This document shows positions 1 through 10,901 of a stretch of DNA of 64,000 nucleotides, piece after piece (the stretch's first letter is position 1; each line of letters starts with the position of its first letter). The stretch covers positions 1,488,001-1,552,000 of the forward strand of contig NEEC01000019.1 in assembly GCA_002189035.1 (NCBI GenBank), written 5' to 3'. The position numbers and the translations under genes are program-made. The notes under the pieces were generated by a model. The model was not told the DNA's origin. It searched no databases and saw only the letters and a list, made by a program, of their open reading frames with translations. Origin of the DNA: Utricularia gibba. Lineage: Eukaryota > Plantae > Magnoliophyta.

Positions 1-65
1 AATGCTGCTTCTTCGATATCAAGTTCTTTTACCGTTCCCATGTTGATGCCACCCTCTGCTATCAG

Positions 66-746
66 CTATCAAAGAACCAGAAGTTGGTGGACGCCACTCA
101 GAACCTGGGGTACGCTCGATTCCCCTGGTCATGGAACTGGTTCAGCGATCAGCTGCCTGTAGCAGATGCTTCACAGAGCCAAAAAGCAGCAGAAAGTGTT
201 GCATCAACTCCTCTACAGGCTTCCTCAGAGACAGAGTCGAGCACCCGCTTCCTTACAAGATTCTACAACCACAGGAATCTGTATTCCAAGAGTGGAGGGT
301 CTGTCACGCCGCAATCCACAAAGTCAGCAGCCCTTTTAAGGCCAACCAAAAGAAACCCGTTAGGAACCAGGAGGTTCTTCATATCAAGAGCAAGTCCTGT
401 TAGTTCAGCTGGTGACACTCAACCGAAAGATGATGACAGCCACTTGAGCTGCCCTCCGTTCTCCCGTCCTCATTACATGACGCCCACGATCTCAGCATTG
501 GCGAAAGCAAGAGGGGGTAGCAATCCGAAGGAGAGACTTCCCGGCACTGCGGACTCCGGGAGGCGGCGATTCTCGCTTCCCTTTACTCCGGACAGCAGAA
601 ACTTGAAATGGAAGAAAGGGGATTCCGGATCTCAGACAGGAAGTCAGTACCAGGAGTCTCCGAGCTCCAACAAAAGCTATGTTGCAAATTCGACGGTTTC
701 CATGCCGGCTTTTGTTGGCAGAAAGCCTTTTAACAGATTTGTATGA
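66..746 (+). CDS. IQD14-like: Last coding exon of an IQ67-domain protein (IQD13/IQD14-like, DUF4005 C-terminus); gene starts before the window
   Basis: Acceptor AG at 64-65. The exon reads ...ARFPWSWNWF...DDDSHLSCPPFSRPHYMTPTISALAKARGGSNPKER...RRRFSLPF...KWKKG, matching the recalled IQD13/14 C-terminal pattern (DDDSLTSCPPF..PSYMAPTVSAKAK.R..SNPKER). Confidence 0.8.
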   Translation, partial: LSKNQKLVDATQNLGYARFPWSWNWFSDQLPVADASQSQKAAESVASTPLQASSETESSTRFLTRFYNHRNLYSKSGGSVTPQSTKSAALLRPTKRNPLGTRRFFISRASPVSSAGDTQPKDDDSHLSCPPFSRPHYMTPTISALAKARGGSNPKERLPGTADSGRRRFSLPFTPDSRNLKWKKGDSGSQTGSQYQESPSSNKSYVANSTVSMPAFVGRKPFNRFV

Positions 747-1011
747 ATCCTTTGTGCATGTCATGGCCATGTTTTCTCTGTTTTCTATTGAACGTGCATT
801 AAAAAAAAAAGGAGTTGACACTGAGAAAAAAAATACTTAATTTTAAAAAGAAAGACCTTAACCACATCCAAGTACCAAATTAAAATTCAATATTTCACGA
901 TCACTATAAATCGTATCGATTTTATATTTGAGGTAAATTTTATAATTGATAATTTGACACCAATATCTAGAGGTGGACAGGGGACCGATTCAACAGGTTG
1001 CAGGTCAACAT

Positions 1012-1450
1012 GGAGCCGGGCTGGGCTGCTACCAGGAGTCGAGCTGGGCTGCCACGAGGAGTCGAGCTGGGCTGCTAAGAGGAGTCGGGCTGGGCTGCTA
1101 TGATGAGTCGGGTCGGGCTGCTACAAGGAGTCGGGCTGGGCAGCAACACTGAGCCCGGCGGGGCTGCCACGAGAAGTCCGGCTGGGCTACAACACGGAGC
1201 CGAGCTGGGCTGCCACGAGCAGTCCGGCTGGGCAGCCACAAGGAGTCGGGCTGCGCTGTCCCGAGGAGTCGGGCGGGGCTGCCACGAGAAGTCCGGCTGG
1301 GCTACAACACGGAGCTGAGCTTGGCTGCCACTACGAGTCAGGCTGGGCTGCCACGAGGAGCCGGGCTGCCACGAGGAGCCGGGCTGAGCTGTCACGAGGA
1401 GTCGGGATGGGTTGTCACGAGGATCCGGGCTGAGCTTCCACGAGGATTCG
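1012..1450 (-). repeat. 23-bp GC-rich tandem array, left block (roughly 19 units, reverse orientation)
   Basis: Repeated GGGCTGGGCTGCCACGAGGAGTC, the reverse complement of the right-block unit. Confidence 0.9.
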
Positions 1451-1451
1451 T

Positions 1452-4400
1452 GCTCCGTGTTGCAGCCCAGCCCGACTCATTGTGGCTGCTCAGCCCCACT
1501 CCTCGTGACAGCCTAGCCCCACTTCTCGTAGCAACCCAGCCCACTCCGTGTTATAGCCCAGCCCGGCACATCGTGACAGCCGACCCGACTCCTCATGGAA
1601 GCCCAGCCCGGCTCCGGGTTGCAGCCCAGCCCGACTCCCTGTGGCAGCCCAGCCCGGATCCGTGTTGCAGCCCAACCCGGCTCATTGTGGCTGAGCAGCC
1701 CCACTCGTCGTGACAGCTCAGCCCCACTCCTCGTAGCAGCCCAGCCTAGCTCCGTATTGTAGCCCGGCCCGGCTCATCGTGGTAGCCGACCCCGACTCCT
1801 CATGGCAGCCCATCCCAGCTCCTTGTTACAGCCCAGCCCGGTTCCGTGTTGCAGCCCAGCCCGACTCCTCGTTGCAGCCCAGACGGATCTGTGTTGCAGC
1901 CCAGCCGACTCCTCGTGGCAGCCCAGCCCCGCTCCGTGTTGCAGCCCAGCTCGACTGCTTATGGCTTCCAGCCCGACTCCTCGTGGCACCCCAGCCCGGC
2001 TCCGTGTTGCAGCGAAGCCCGACTCTGTGATGCACCAAAGCCCGGCTCCTTGTGTCTTCCAACCCGACTCCTCGTGGCAGCCCAGCCCGGCTCCGTGTTG
2101 TAGCCCAGCCCGGCTCCATGTTGTAGCCCATACCGACTCCTCGTGGCAGCCGACCCCAACTCCTCACGGCAGCCCAGCCCGACTCCTCGTGGCAGTCCAG
2201 CAAGCCTCCTTGTTGCAGCCCAGCCGGACTCCTCGTAACACCCCAGCCCGGCTCCGTGTTGCAGCCAACCCCGGCTCCATGATGCAGCAAAGCCCGGCTC
2301 CTTGTGGCTGCCAAGCAGATTCCTCGTGGCAGCCCAGCCCGGCTCCGTGTTGTAGCCCAGCCCGACTCCGTGTTGCAGACCAGCCCGAGTCCTCGTTGAC
2401 AGCCCAGCCCATCCCCATGTTGCACCCCAGCCCGACTCCTCGTGGCTGCCCAGCCCAGCTCCGTGTTGCAGCCCAGACCGACTCCTCGTCAAAGCCCATC
2501 CGGACTCCTACTAGCAGCCCAGCCCGACTCCTTGTGGCAGCCCAGCCCGACTCCTCGTGGCACCCCAACCCGGCTCCGTGTTGCAGAAAAGCCCAGCTCC
2601 ATGTGCGGCAAAGCCCGGCTCCTTGTGGCCTCTAACACGATTCCTCGTGGCAGCCCAACCCAACTCCATGTTGCAGCTCAGTCCAACTCCTCGTCGCAGC
2701 GCAGACCGACTCATAGTGGGAGTCCAGCCCGACTCCTCGTGGCAGCACAGCCCGACTCCACGAGGCAGCCCAGCCCGACTCCTCGTGAGCAGCTCAGCCC
2801 GAATCCTCGATGCAGCCCAGCCCGACTTCTTATGGCAGCCCAGTCCGACTCCTCGTGGCAGCCCATCCCGACTCCTCGTGGCAACCCAGCCCAACTCCTC
2901 GTTGGCAAACCAGCCCATATCTGCAGCCAGCCCGACTCCTCGTGGCTGCCCATCCCATCTCCGTGTTGCAGCCCAGCCCGACTCCTCGTCGCAGCTCAGC
3001 CCAGATCCGTGTTGCAGGCCCGCCCGACTCCTCGTCGCAGCCCATCCCGACTGCTATAGGCAGTCCAGCCCGACTCCTTGTGACAGCCCAGACCAACACC
3101 TAGTGGGAGTCCAGCCCGACTCTTCGTGGCAGCCAAGCCCGACTCCTCGAGGCAGCCCAGCTCGAATCCTCGTGGCAGCCCAGCCCGACTCCTCGTGGCA
3201 GTCCAGACCGACTCCTCGTGGGAAGCCAGCTCGACTCCGCGTGCCAACCCAGTTCGATTCCTCGAGGCAGTCAGTCCAGCTCCTAGTGGGAGTCCAGCCC
3301 GACTCCTCGTGGAGCCCAGTCCGACTCCTCGTGGCAGCACAGCCCGACTCCTCGTTGGCAGCTCAGCCCAGGTTTGCAGCTCAGCCCGACTCCTCGTGGC
3401 TGCCCAACCCATCTCCGTGTTGCAGCCCATCCCGACTCCTCGTGCCAGCTCAGCCCGAATCCTCGTGGCAGCCCAGCCCGACTCCTCGTGGCGGCGCAGC
3501 CCAACTCCTCGTTAGCAGCCCATCTTAGCTCCGCAGCACAGCCCGCTTCCTCGTGGCGGCGCAGCCCAACGCTTCGTTGGCAGCCCAGCCTAGCTCCGCA
3601 GCCCAGCCCGCTTCCTCGTGGCATCGGAGCCCATCTCCGTGTTGCAGCTCAGCTCGACTCCTAGTAGTAGTCCAGCCCGACTTTCTGTGGCAGCCCAGCC
3701 CGACTCCTAGTGGGTGTCCAGCCCGACTCTTTGTGACAGCCCAGCTCGAATCCTCGAGGCAGCCCAGCCGGACTCCGTTTTGTAGCCCACCGAGTTCTCG
3801 TGGCCGCACAGCCCAGCTCCGTGTTGCAGCAAAGCCCGACTCTTCGTCGCAGCCCATCCCGACTCGTATCGGTAGTCCAGCCCGATTCTTAGTGGGAGTC
3901 CAGCCCGACTCCTCGTAGCAGCCCCGCCCGACTCCTCCTGGCTTCCTAGCCAGCTCAGTGTTGCAGCTCAGCCCGACTTCTTGTGGCTTCCCACCCGACT
4001 CCTCGTGGCAGCCTAGCCCGACTCCTCGTGGCAGCCCAGCCTGACTCCTCGTGGCAGACTCGCCCGACTCCTCGTGGCAGCTCAGCCCGACTCCTCATGG
4101 CAGCCTAGCCCGACTCCTAGTGGGAGTCCAGCCCGACTACTCGTGGCAGCCTAACCCAACGCCTCGTGGCAGCCCAGCCCGACGCCTCGTGTCAGCCCAG
4201 CCGGACTTCTATTGACAGTACAGCCCGACTCCTTGTGGCAGCCCAGCTCGACTCCTCGTGTCAGCTCAGCCCGGCTCCGTGTTGCAGCTCAGCCCGAATC
4301 CTCTTGTCAGCCCTGCCCGAATCCTCGCGGCAGCCCAGCCCGACTCCTCGTGGCAGCACATCCCGACTCCTCGTGGCTGCCCAGCCCAGCTCCGTGTTGC

Positions 4401-5743
4401 AGCCCAGCCCGACTCCTCGTTGCAGCCCATCCCGACTCCTAGTGGCAGTCCATGCCAACTCCTCGTGGCAGCCCATCCTGACTCCTCGTGGCTGCCCAGC
4501 CGGACTTCTTGTGGCAGCCCAGATCGACTCCTCGTGGCAGCCTAGCCCGACTCCTAGTGGGAGTCCAGCCCGACTCCTCATGGCAGCCCAGCCCGACTCC
4601 TCGTGGCTTCCCAGCCAGCTGAGTGTTGCAGGTCAGCCCGACTTCTTGTGGCTTCCCACCCGACTCCTTGTGGCTTCCAGCCCGACTCCTCGTGGCAGCC
4701 CAGCCCGACTCTCCCAGCCCGAGGCCAGCCCAGCCCGACTTCTTGTGGCTTCCCACCCGACTCCCTTCCCTCCTCGTGGCAGCCCAGCCCGACTCCTCGT
4801 GGCTCCCAGCCAGCTCAGTGTTGCAGCTCAGCCCGACTTCTTGTGGCTTCCCACCCGACTCCTTGTGGCTTCCAGCCCGACTCCTCGTGGCAGCCCAGCC
4901 CGATCCTAGTGGCAGCCCAGCCCGACTCCTCGTGGCTTCCCAGCCAGCTCAGTGTTGCAGTCAGCCCGACTTCTTGTGGCTTCCCACCCGACTCCTTGTG
5001 GCTTCCAGCCCGACTCCTCGTGGCAGCCCAGCCCGACTCCTCGTGGCTTCCCAGCCAGCTCAGTGTTGCAGCTCAGCCCGACTTCTTGTGGCTTCCCACC
5101 CGACTCCTTGTGGCTTCCAGCCCGACTCCTCGTGGCAGCCCAGCCTGACTCCTCGTGGCAGCCCAGCCCGACTCCTAGTGGCAGCCCAGCCCGACTCCTC
5201 GTGGCTTCCCAGCCAGCTCAGTGTTGCAGTCAGCCCGACTTCTTGTGGCTTCCCACCCGACTCCTTGTGGCTTCCAGCCCGACTCCTCGTGGCAGCCCAG
5301 CCCGACTCCTAGTGGCAGCCCAGCCCAACTCCTCGTGGCTTCCCAGTCAGCTCAGTGTTGCAGCTCAGCCCGACTTCTTGTGGCTTCCCACCCGACTCCT
5401 TGTGGCTTCCCAGCCCGATTCCTCGTTGCAGCCCAGCCCGACTCCTCGTGACTGCCCAGCCCGACTCCTCGCGGCAGCTCATCCTGACTCCTCGTTGCAG
5501 ACCAGCCCAACTCCTTGTTGCAGCTCAGCCTGACTCTTCGTGGCAGCGCAGCCTGACTCCTGATGGAAGTCCAGCTTGAATCCTCATGGCAGCCCAGCCC
5601 GACTCCACGAGGCCCATCCGACTCCTTGCGGCTTCCCACTCGACTCCTCGTGGCAGCCTAGCCCGTCTCCGTGTTACAGCCCAGCTGGATCCGCGTTGCA
5701 GTCCAGCCCGACTTATTGTGGCTTGCCAGCCCGACTCCTCGTG
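1452..5743 (+). repeat. 23-bp GC-rich tandem array, right block (roughly 185 degenerate units)
   Basis: Two main unit types, CTCCTCGTGGCAGCCCAGCCCGA and CTCCGTGTTGCAGCCCAGCCCG(A/G), interspersed. They generate the many low-complexity ORFs in all six frames. Confidence 0.92.
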
Positions 5744-6321
5744 CGACGAGAAGTCAACATAAAAAATCGTTATGCCATAGATAAGGATCAACAAGTCATT
5801 TTACAATTTATATATACTAATACGAATTAAATTTAATTAAGAAGTTCTAGACCCAACTTAATTGTTCAAGTCATTTGATAAAAAAATGTTTTTTTATTAT
5901 AAAGTTATATTTTACGTTTAAACCATTTAATTTGTCATATTCACCCATATATATATATACTATGAGTATGCACGTGTTCCATACCCATTTTTTACGGTTA
6001 CATGTAACAGGTCTGACTTGTAACGGGTTAAGCCGACGAATATTCGAGTTGATTCGCATATGTGTCCACCTTTAATCAATATCAAAAATTGCAAAGCTTA
6101 TTCTTCTTTTTTCTTGTTATTTTTTATTAAATCGAAAAAAGGGTATAAAATGAAAATAAATTCATCTTTGTAAATAACATAGAATCAGGATATTTTTCCC
6201 CAAGCAGGCGATAATGACTTGGATTATAACATAAAGTGAAAATGGACAAATATTGGATCATCTTCTGCGCCAGATTCCGGTCCTCTTCTTCTGCTCCAAG
6301 GGAGAAAATGACCCCCTGTCT

Positions 6322-7367
6322 TCATTTACCCTCGCGCTCACGATCTGCAGTGACAAGACAAGAGCGTCAGCACCAGAAATGCTTTTTGTTTCTTTTATTT
6401 TACTGCGGAGGAGTTGATCATTACACATCCGGTCGGCGAGCTTGCTGTAAAAAGAAACGAAGACGATGAGGATCGCGATTCCGGCGATGAGGCCGATCAG
6501 GAGCGCGAGATCCCTCTGCACCTCCTCCTCCCCATGCGTGCCTTCAGCCCATGTATCAGTGAACAATGAAAGGGAATTGGGAGAGAATGAGGTGATTGTG
6601 TAGAATGTTATTACCGGTGTGGGAGGTGTAGGTACGGGGGAGTAACGCGCGTAGCACTTGGCGAGGAAGATGTCGCCCCAAGAGGAGGATGCGCAGTGGC
6701 TTCTGAGCAATTGGACGGCGTCGGAGATGCAATCTTGGCACTCACCCACACTCAGGTCTTGGACGCACTGCGCGGTTCCCACTATACGCCCCACCGCCGC
6801 CACCCGGAAATACTCGCCCCCGTTCATGAGCGACGACAGAACCGCGTCCTTCCTCGTCACCAGCTCCGAATCGTCCGCCGCCGCCCCGCACCTATCGACG
6901 ATCAAAGTCTTATCCGCCATCCCCACGAACGAGGCGTTATCGTACCTGATTAGCAGAATATTCATTTCTTTATGAGATTAATAAAGGGCTATCTACAGTA
7001 CTTGTAATCTTCTGTCATACCTGACAAAGCAGCCCTCCAACTGCAGGGCTCCACCGCAGGCACCGTCGCATTCGGTGCCGAGACGGGCCACCGCGGCGGA
7101 GACGCAGTCGTGGCAACCCGAGTTGCTGAGGTCGCCCCGGCACTGGAAAAGCCCGTACGCCGGAGGGAGGGAGATATTGAAGGTATTGTAGTAGGAGAAG
7201 GAGGCGGAGCTGACCAGGGCGCCGAGCAAGGATCGCACATCCGAACCGTCAGGATATTTCTGCGGCGAGCATCCCACGTAGATGAAGGTGTCGGGAACCG
7301 CAACCGACGGCGCGTGCCGAATCAACACGAATGTGACGAAGAAGTAAACCGCAGCCGGAGACCTCAT
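6322..7367 (-). CDS. PDLP6-like: Plasmodesmata-located protein / cysteine-rich repeat secretory protein (2x DUF26, TM, short tail)
   Basis: Signal peptide MRSPAAVYFFVTFVLIRHAPSVA; YGLFQCRGDLSNSGCHDCV...GGALQLEGCFVR|YD; second domain AQCVQDLSVGECQDC...FLAKCYARYS; TM LALLIGLIAGIAILIVFVSF. GT-AG intron 7020-6946; the later intron boundaries are approximate. Confidence 0.88.
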
Positions 7368-8837
7368 GCTGATGAAAATGAAACCGAAGCCCCTTCCTTC
7401 AACTGGAGACTCCGATTGCGTTATAATACCGTTGTGAACTTGAACCTTACTCAATTTAATTATCCAATAATCGTATAAAATACGTCATATTTTAATCATT
7501 TATGGCGTCATATTAACAATCAAACGAGTATGTTACGGTGATTATACCACATGCGCATGTCACATGTTCAAGATCACAAATTTTGGAGACTTTTCAATCA
7601 TATAATATATTCTAATTATCAATGAAATTTCAACATAATTTATGACTAGGGTGGGTGCGATGCCCCGGAGGCACTTTTCTAGGGCTCGTGGGGGTCTCCC
7701 TCAAACTGTTGGATTTATTATCTCTAGTGACATGATGCGATATGACTCTAGACGTGCCACATCCACTGTTCAAAAACACAACATATGATTGAGATCATTT
7801 ATAAAATTAGTCATTATTGATTTCTTTATTATACACTAAAATCATTTTTTTATATATATGATGATTATTTTTCTTACACACTAAAAAAAGATGATTAATT
7901 TTTTAATAAATCCACTTTTTTGAGGTATAAACTGTTCCCAATAGAAATTGAGTTAAATTCAATAGAATCATAATTGAATTGTGTTTACATTACGATCATT
8001 CATGAAATCGATTCACATTTTGAATCATTTTTTGATCACGTTTGAAAATTTAGAATAATTTTGTTATCAAACCAAAATATTCAATTTCACGGGGATACTA
8101 CAATTTTAGAAATATAATAACATTTTATAATATTAATAAATACTAGGATAACAAACTTAAAAATTGAGTCAAAATTTTGATGAAATTTAGAAATTTTATT
8201 TTAAAAAATATAAGTGGGGCCCATCTTTTAGGATCCTTGACACCAAGAGACCGCCTTTAGCTTTATTCTTCCTCATCCATGAGATTCTATTATTCTCCAA
8301 AATGGAAAAATTAAAATGGATTATAATAATTTAAAAGTATCCTGAAAAATGATAATAAAAAATAAAAAATAATGCCAAAAAGTATAAAAAGATTAAAGGG
8401 CATGGATGGTAAATATCACCCACTTTGCATATGCGAAAGTTGGATGGGGAACGCTGGTGTTGATATAAAGGAAAGGCATCTTCTTCCTTTGGGGTGGCGA
8501 GCTTTAGCGAGAGGGACAACCAGCACAAAGGTGAGGAAAATGGTTCCTTCATTAGTCCCTGTACAATGTGCATCAAAACACAACTGAAGTACTAAGGAAC
8601 GTTTCCGTTTTCGGTTTCAGTTCCGTTTTGTGACAAAATTATCCGTCTGGCTCGCCTTGCTTGCGGGTTTGTTACTTGATAAAGAAAGCATTGCTAGGGA
8701 ACTCGTAGAAGAATCAAGAGTTGTACATGAGCATTCTCGTGTCTGACCTAAATGTAATAGAAGTAGTAGTAGAAGTAGTAAGATCTTGAGAGGAGGACTC
8801 CATCTGCAGCTTATAGCACTCCTTGGTTGTATTGGTT

Positions 8838-10418
8838 CTACAGGATGCAGCATCGCAGGGTTATACCCTTCTGCTCCACCCCTCCACCGTCGCTTCCTGC
8901 AAAAATGAACAAGATGGTGATCTTCTAGCACTTCGCTGTAGCGACTGCATGGTGTGTGTGAGTACCTTCGGGAGGTTGGAGGAGCCTTCGGTTTTGTGGT
9001 GACAGCATCTCTTTCTTCAACTCTATGAGTATGGTCTCCATTGTGTACTCCCTTCTCCAGTGTGCCAGGATTGGGAACAGATATGGTTCTACCTGGAAGA
9101 TGGGAAGACAGAAGCCTGTTTCAAGTGATAATATGACACTTCGATTCGATCGGATCGAATCTAATGCAAGCACGCATCACTTACCATGCCGGTTTCCTGA
9201 TTGACACAACTCATGTTAATCCGAGATTGGAACATTACGGTAGGAGGCTTTTCTGGATAATCTTTGCCACAGAAAAGTTTTAGTTGGTATATGCGGCCCT
9301 CATGAACAGTCTGTTGAACAGGTTTAACGTTCAGGTAATGTTACCTCAACATGATTCCATGACACAAACATGAACATAGCAAGAATGGACATTAAACTAG
9401 AGATTCTAGCAGTGAGGAAAGCATAGTGCTATCACCAAGAAACATGGTAGATATAAACCAAGGGAAGACTAAAACAATGGTATTGGGCGAATGGTACTAA
9501 AAGCCTTGCTAGTGTTGCAGACTAGATGCATCCGGAAAACAAAACAAATCTGAAACTGAAACGCAAAGGGTAATAAACTCATGCGATATCAAAATGAAGC
9601 AATGGCAGGGATAACATAGTGTGGAAAACAGACAAGTCATGAACTCAAGCAGCATAGAATGATCAGGAACATGATGCAGTGTAAGCAATGGGTTTCATGA
9701 AGATGTCTGTGACTAGAAACGGAGAATGAGATGGCATACATTTGGTGGGCCGATGATAGTTCCAGTCCACGATTGCATATAAATATCATCAGCATCATCC
9801 ATCCCATAGCTCACCGTACCATCCCCTATTCCTTTCTCACCTCTTTCAAGCTCTTCCAATAGCCGGAAGTTCCTAGGGACTTCACCCAGCAAGTAACAAT
9901 TACCAATTCAAAGCAGAGTCATTACCAAGAGATTTCAAAAATTTCCCCATCCAAGCTTACGCCAATTCAAACAAGTGGAAACAAGAAACAGAAAGTTCAA
10001 GTTCATGATCAACTCCATTGAACGAAAGACTTTTCCAAACCACCCACCTTCCACGAAAAGTATTAAACAGCAGCAAAAAATTGGTGCTCGGAAATTGATT
10101 TGTGCTAAGGGAGTAGAAAAATGATCAAACATAACGAATCACAAAAATTTCTGCCAAATACACAAAATCACAAATTGGAGACACACAAAAAGACCCGTGA
10201 ATCATCAACACAGATGCCTTCCCCAAACGTATCAGTAATTCAACACAGACTCCTTCTCCAATTAAGGCATCTAGCAGAACCCAGAACAAGAAACGAAACA
10301 AGCTTCCCAATTAAGCAGTGAAATCAACCCGAAAACAAGAAAAAGCTACAAAACAAACAAACACTGCCAGCTCACCCAGAACCCTCGAATTCCCTTCCGC
10401 ATCCGCCTCCCGCTGCAT
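8838..10418 (-). CDS. UEV1: Ubiquitin E2 variant UEV1/MMS2-like, 5 exons, C-terminal CaaX (CCIL)
   Basis: [47 protein letters not shown] (9880-9740); [14 protein letters not shown] (9310-9185); [22 protein letters not shown]; last exon [19 protein letters not shown]. Confidence 0.93.
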
Positions 10419-10901
10419 TTCCAGGTGATCAACACGAAGGAAAAACCACTCAAAAAACTTTTCTCTAGTTGTAGTTATTGGAAAGAAAAGGGAGCTGCTG
10501 GACCCGATAGATCATTAACAATTTGACAAGGGTTGAACCACCTCTTATTTATAATTAACCCCCTCTTTTAAAATTTATATTTTTATTACTAAATTATTAT
10601 TTTAAATAGTTTTTAAAGCTCGAGGACAAAACTTGGTTCGGCCCGGCCCACTCCGAATTCTTCGGTCTGTGGCCCATATTCAATGGGCTCAAACTTCGGC
10701 CCATCATTAATTGTATTTTTTTTATGATTTTTAAAAAGATATTAATTCTAAATTCTACTTATTTTCCACGTCATATTTTACCCTCCAAAATAAAATAAAA
10801 AAAAGAAAAAAACGAAGAATGCCGAGTAAAAAGGATGATTGATACAACATTTGAGCATGTACAAAATGCAAAGGGAGTTTACAACAAAATGAGCGCACAA
10901 C

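Larger units (their letters stand above)
968..6074. mobile_element. Non-autonomous class II transposon with foldback architecture (superfamily uncertain: MULE/foldback vs hAT)
   Basis: Left end TAGAGGTGGACA (968-979) and right end TGTCCACCTTTA (6063-6074) match 11/12 as an inverted repeat. A second motif, CGAWTCAAC, lies 6 nt further in at both ends. Flanks ACCAATATC (959-967) and ATCAATATC (6075-6083) match 8/9 as a TSD. No transposase ORF; the interior is tandem array. Confidence 0.75.

Noticed and set aside
1012-5743. CRISPR-like repeat array
   Set aside because: Units are head-to-tail without unique spacers, there are no cas genes, and the context is eukaryotic.
1075-5830. Dozens of P/S/A/Q-rich ORFs up to 323 aa in all six frames
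   Set aside because: They are translations of the 23-bp GC-rich repeat, which rarely yields stops. They have no consistent frame, domain or splice structure.
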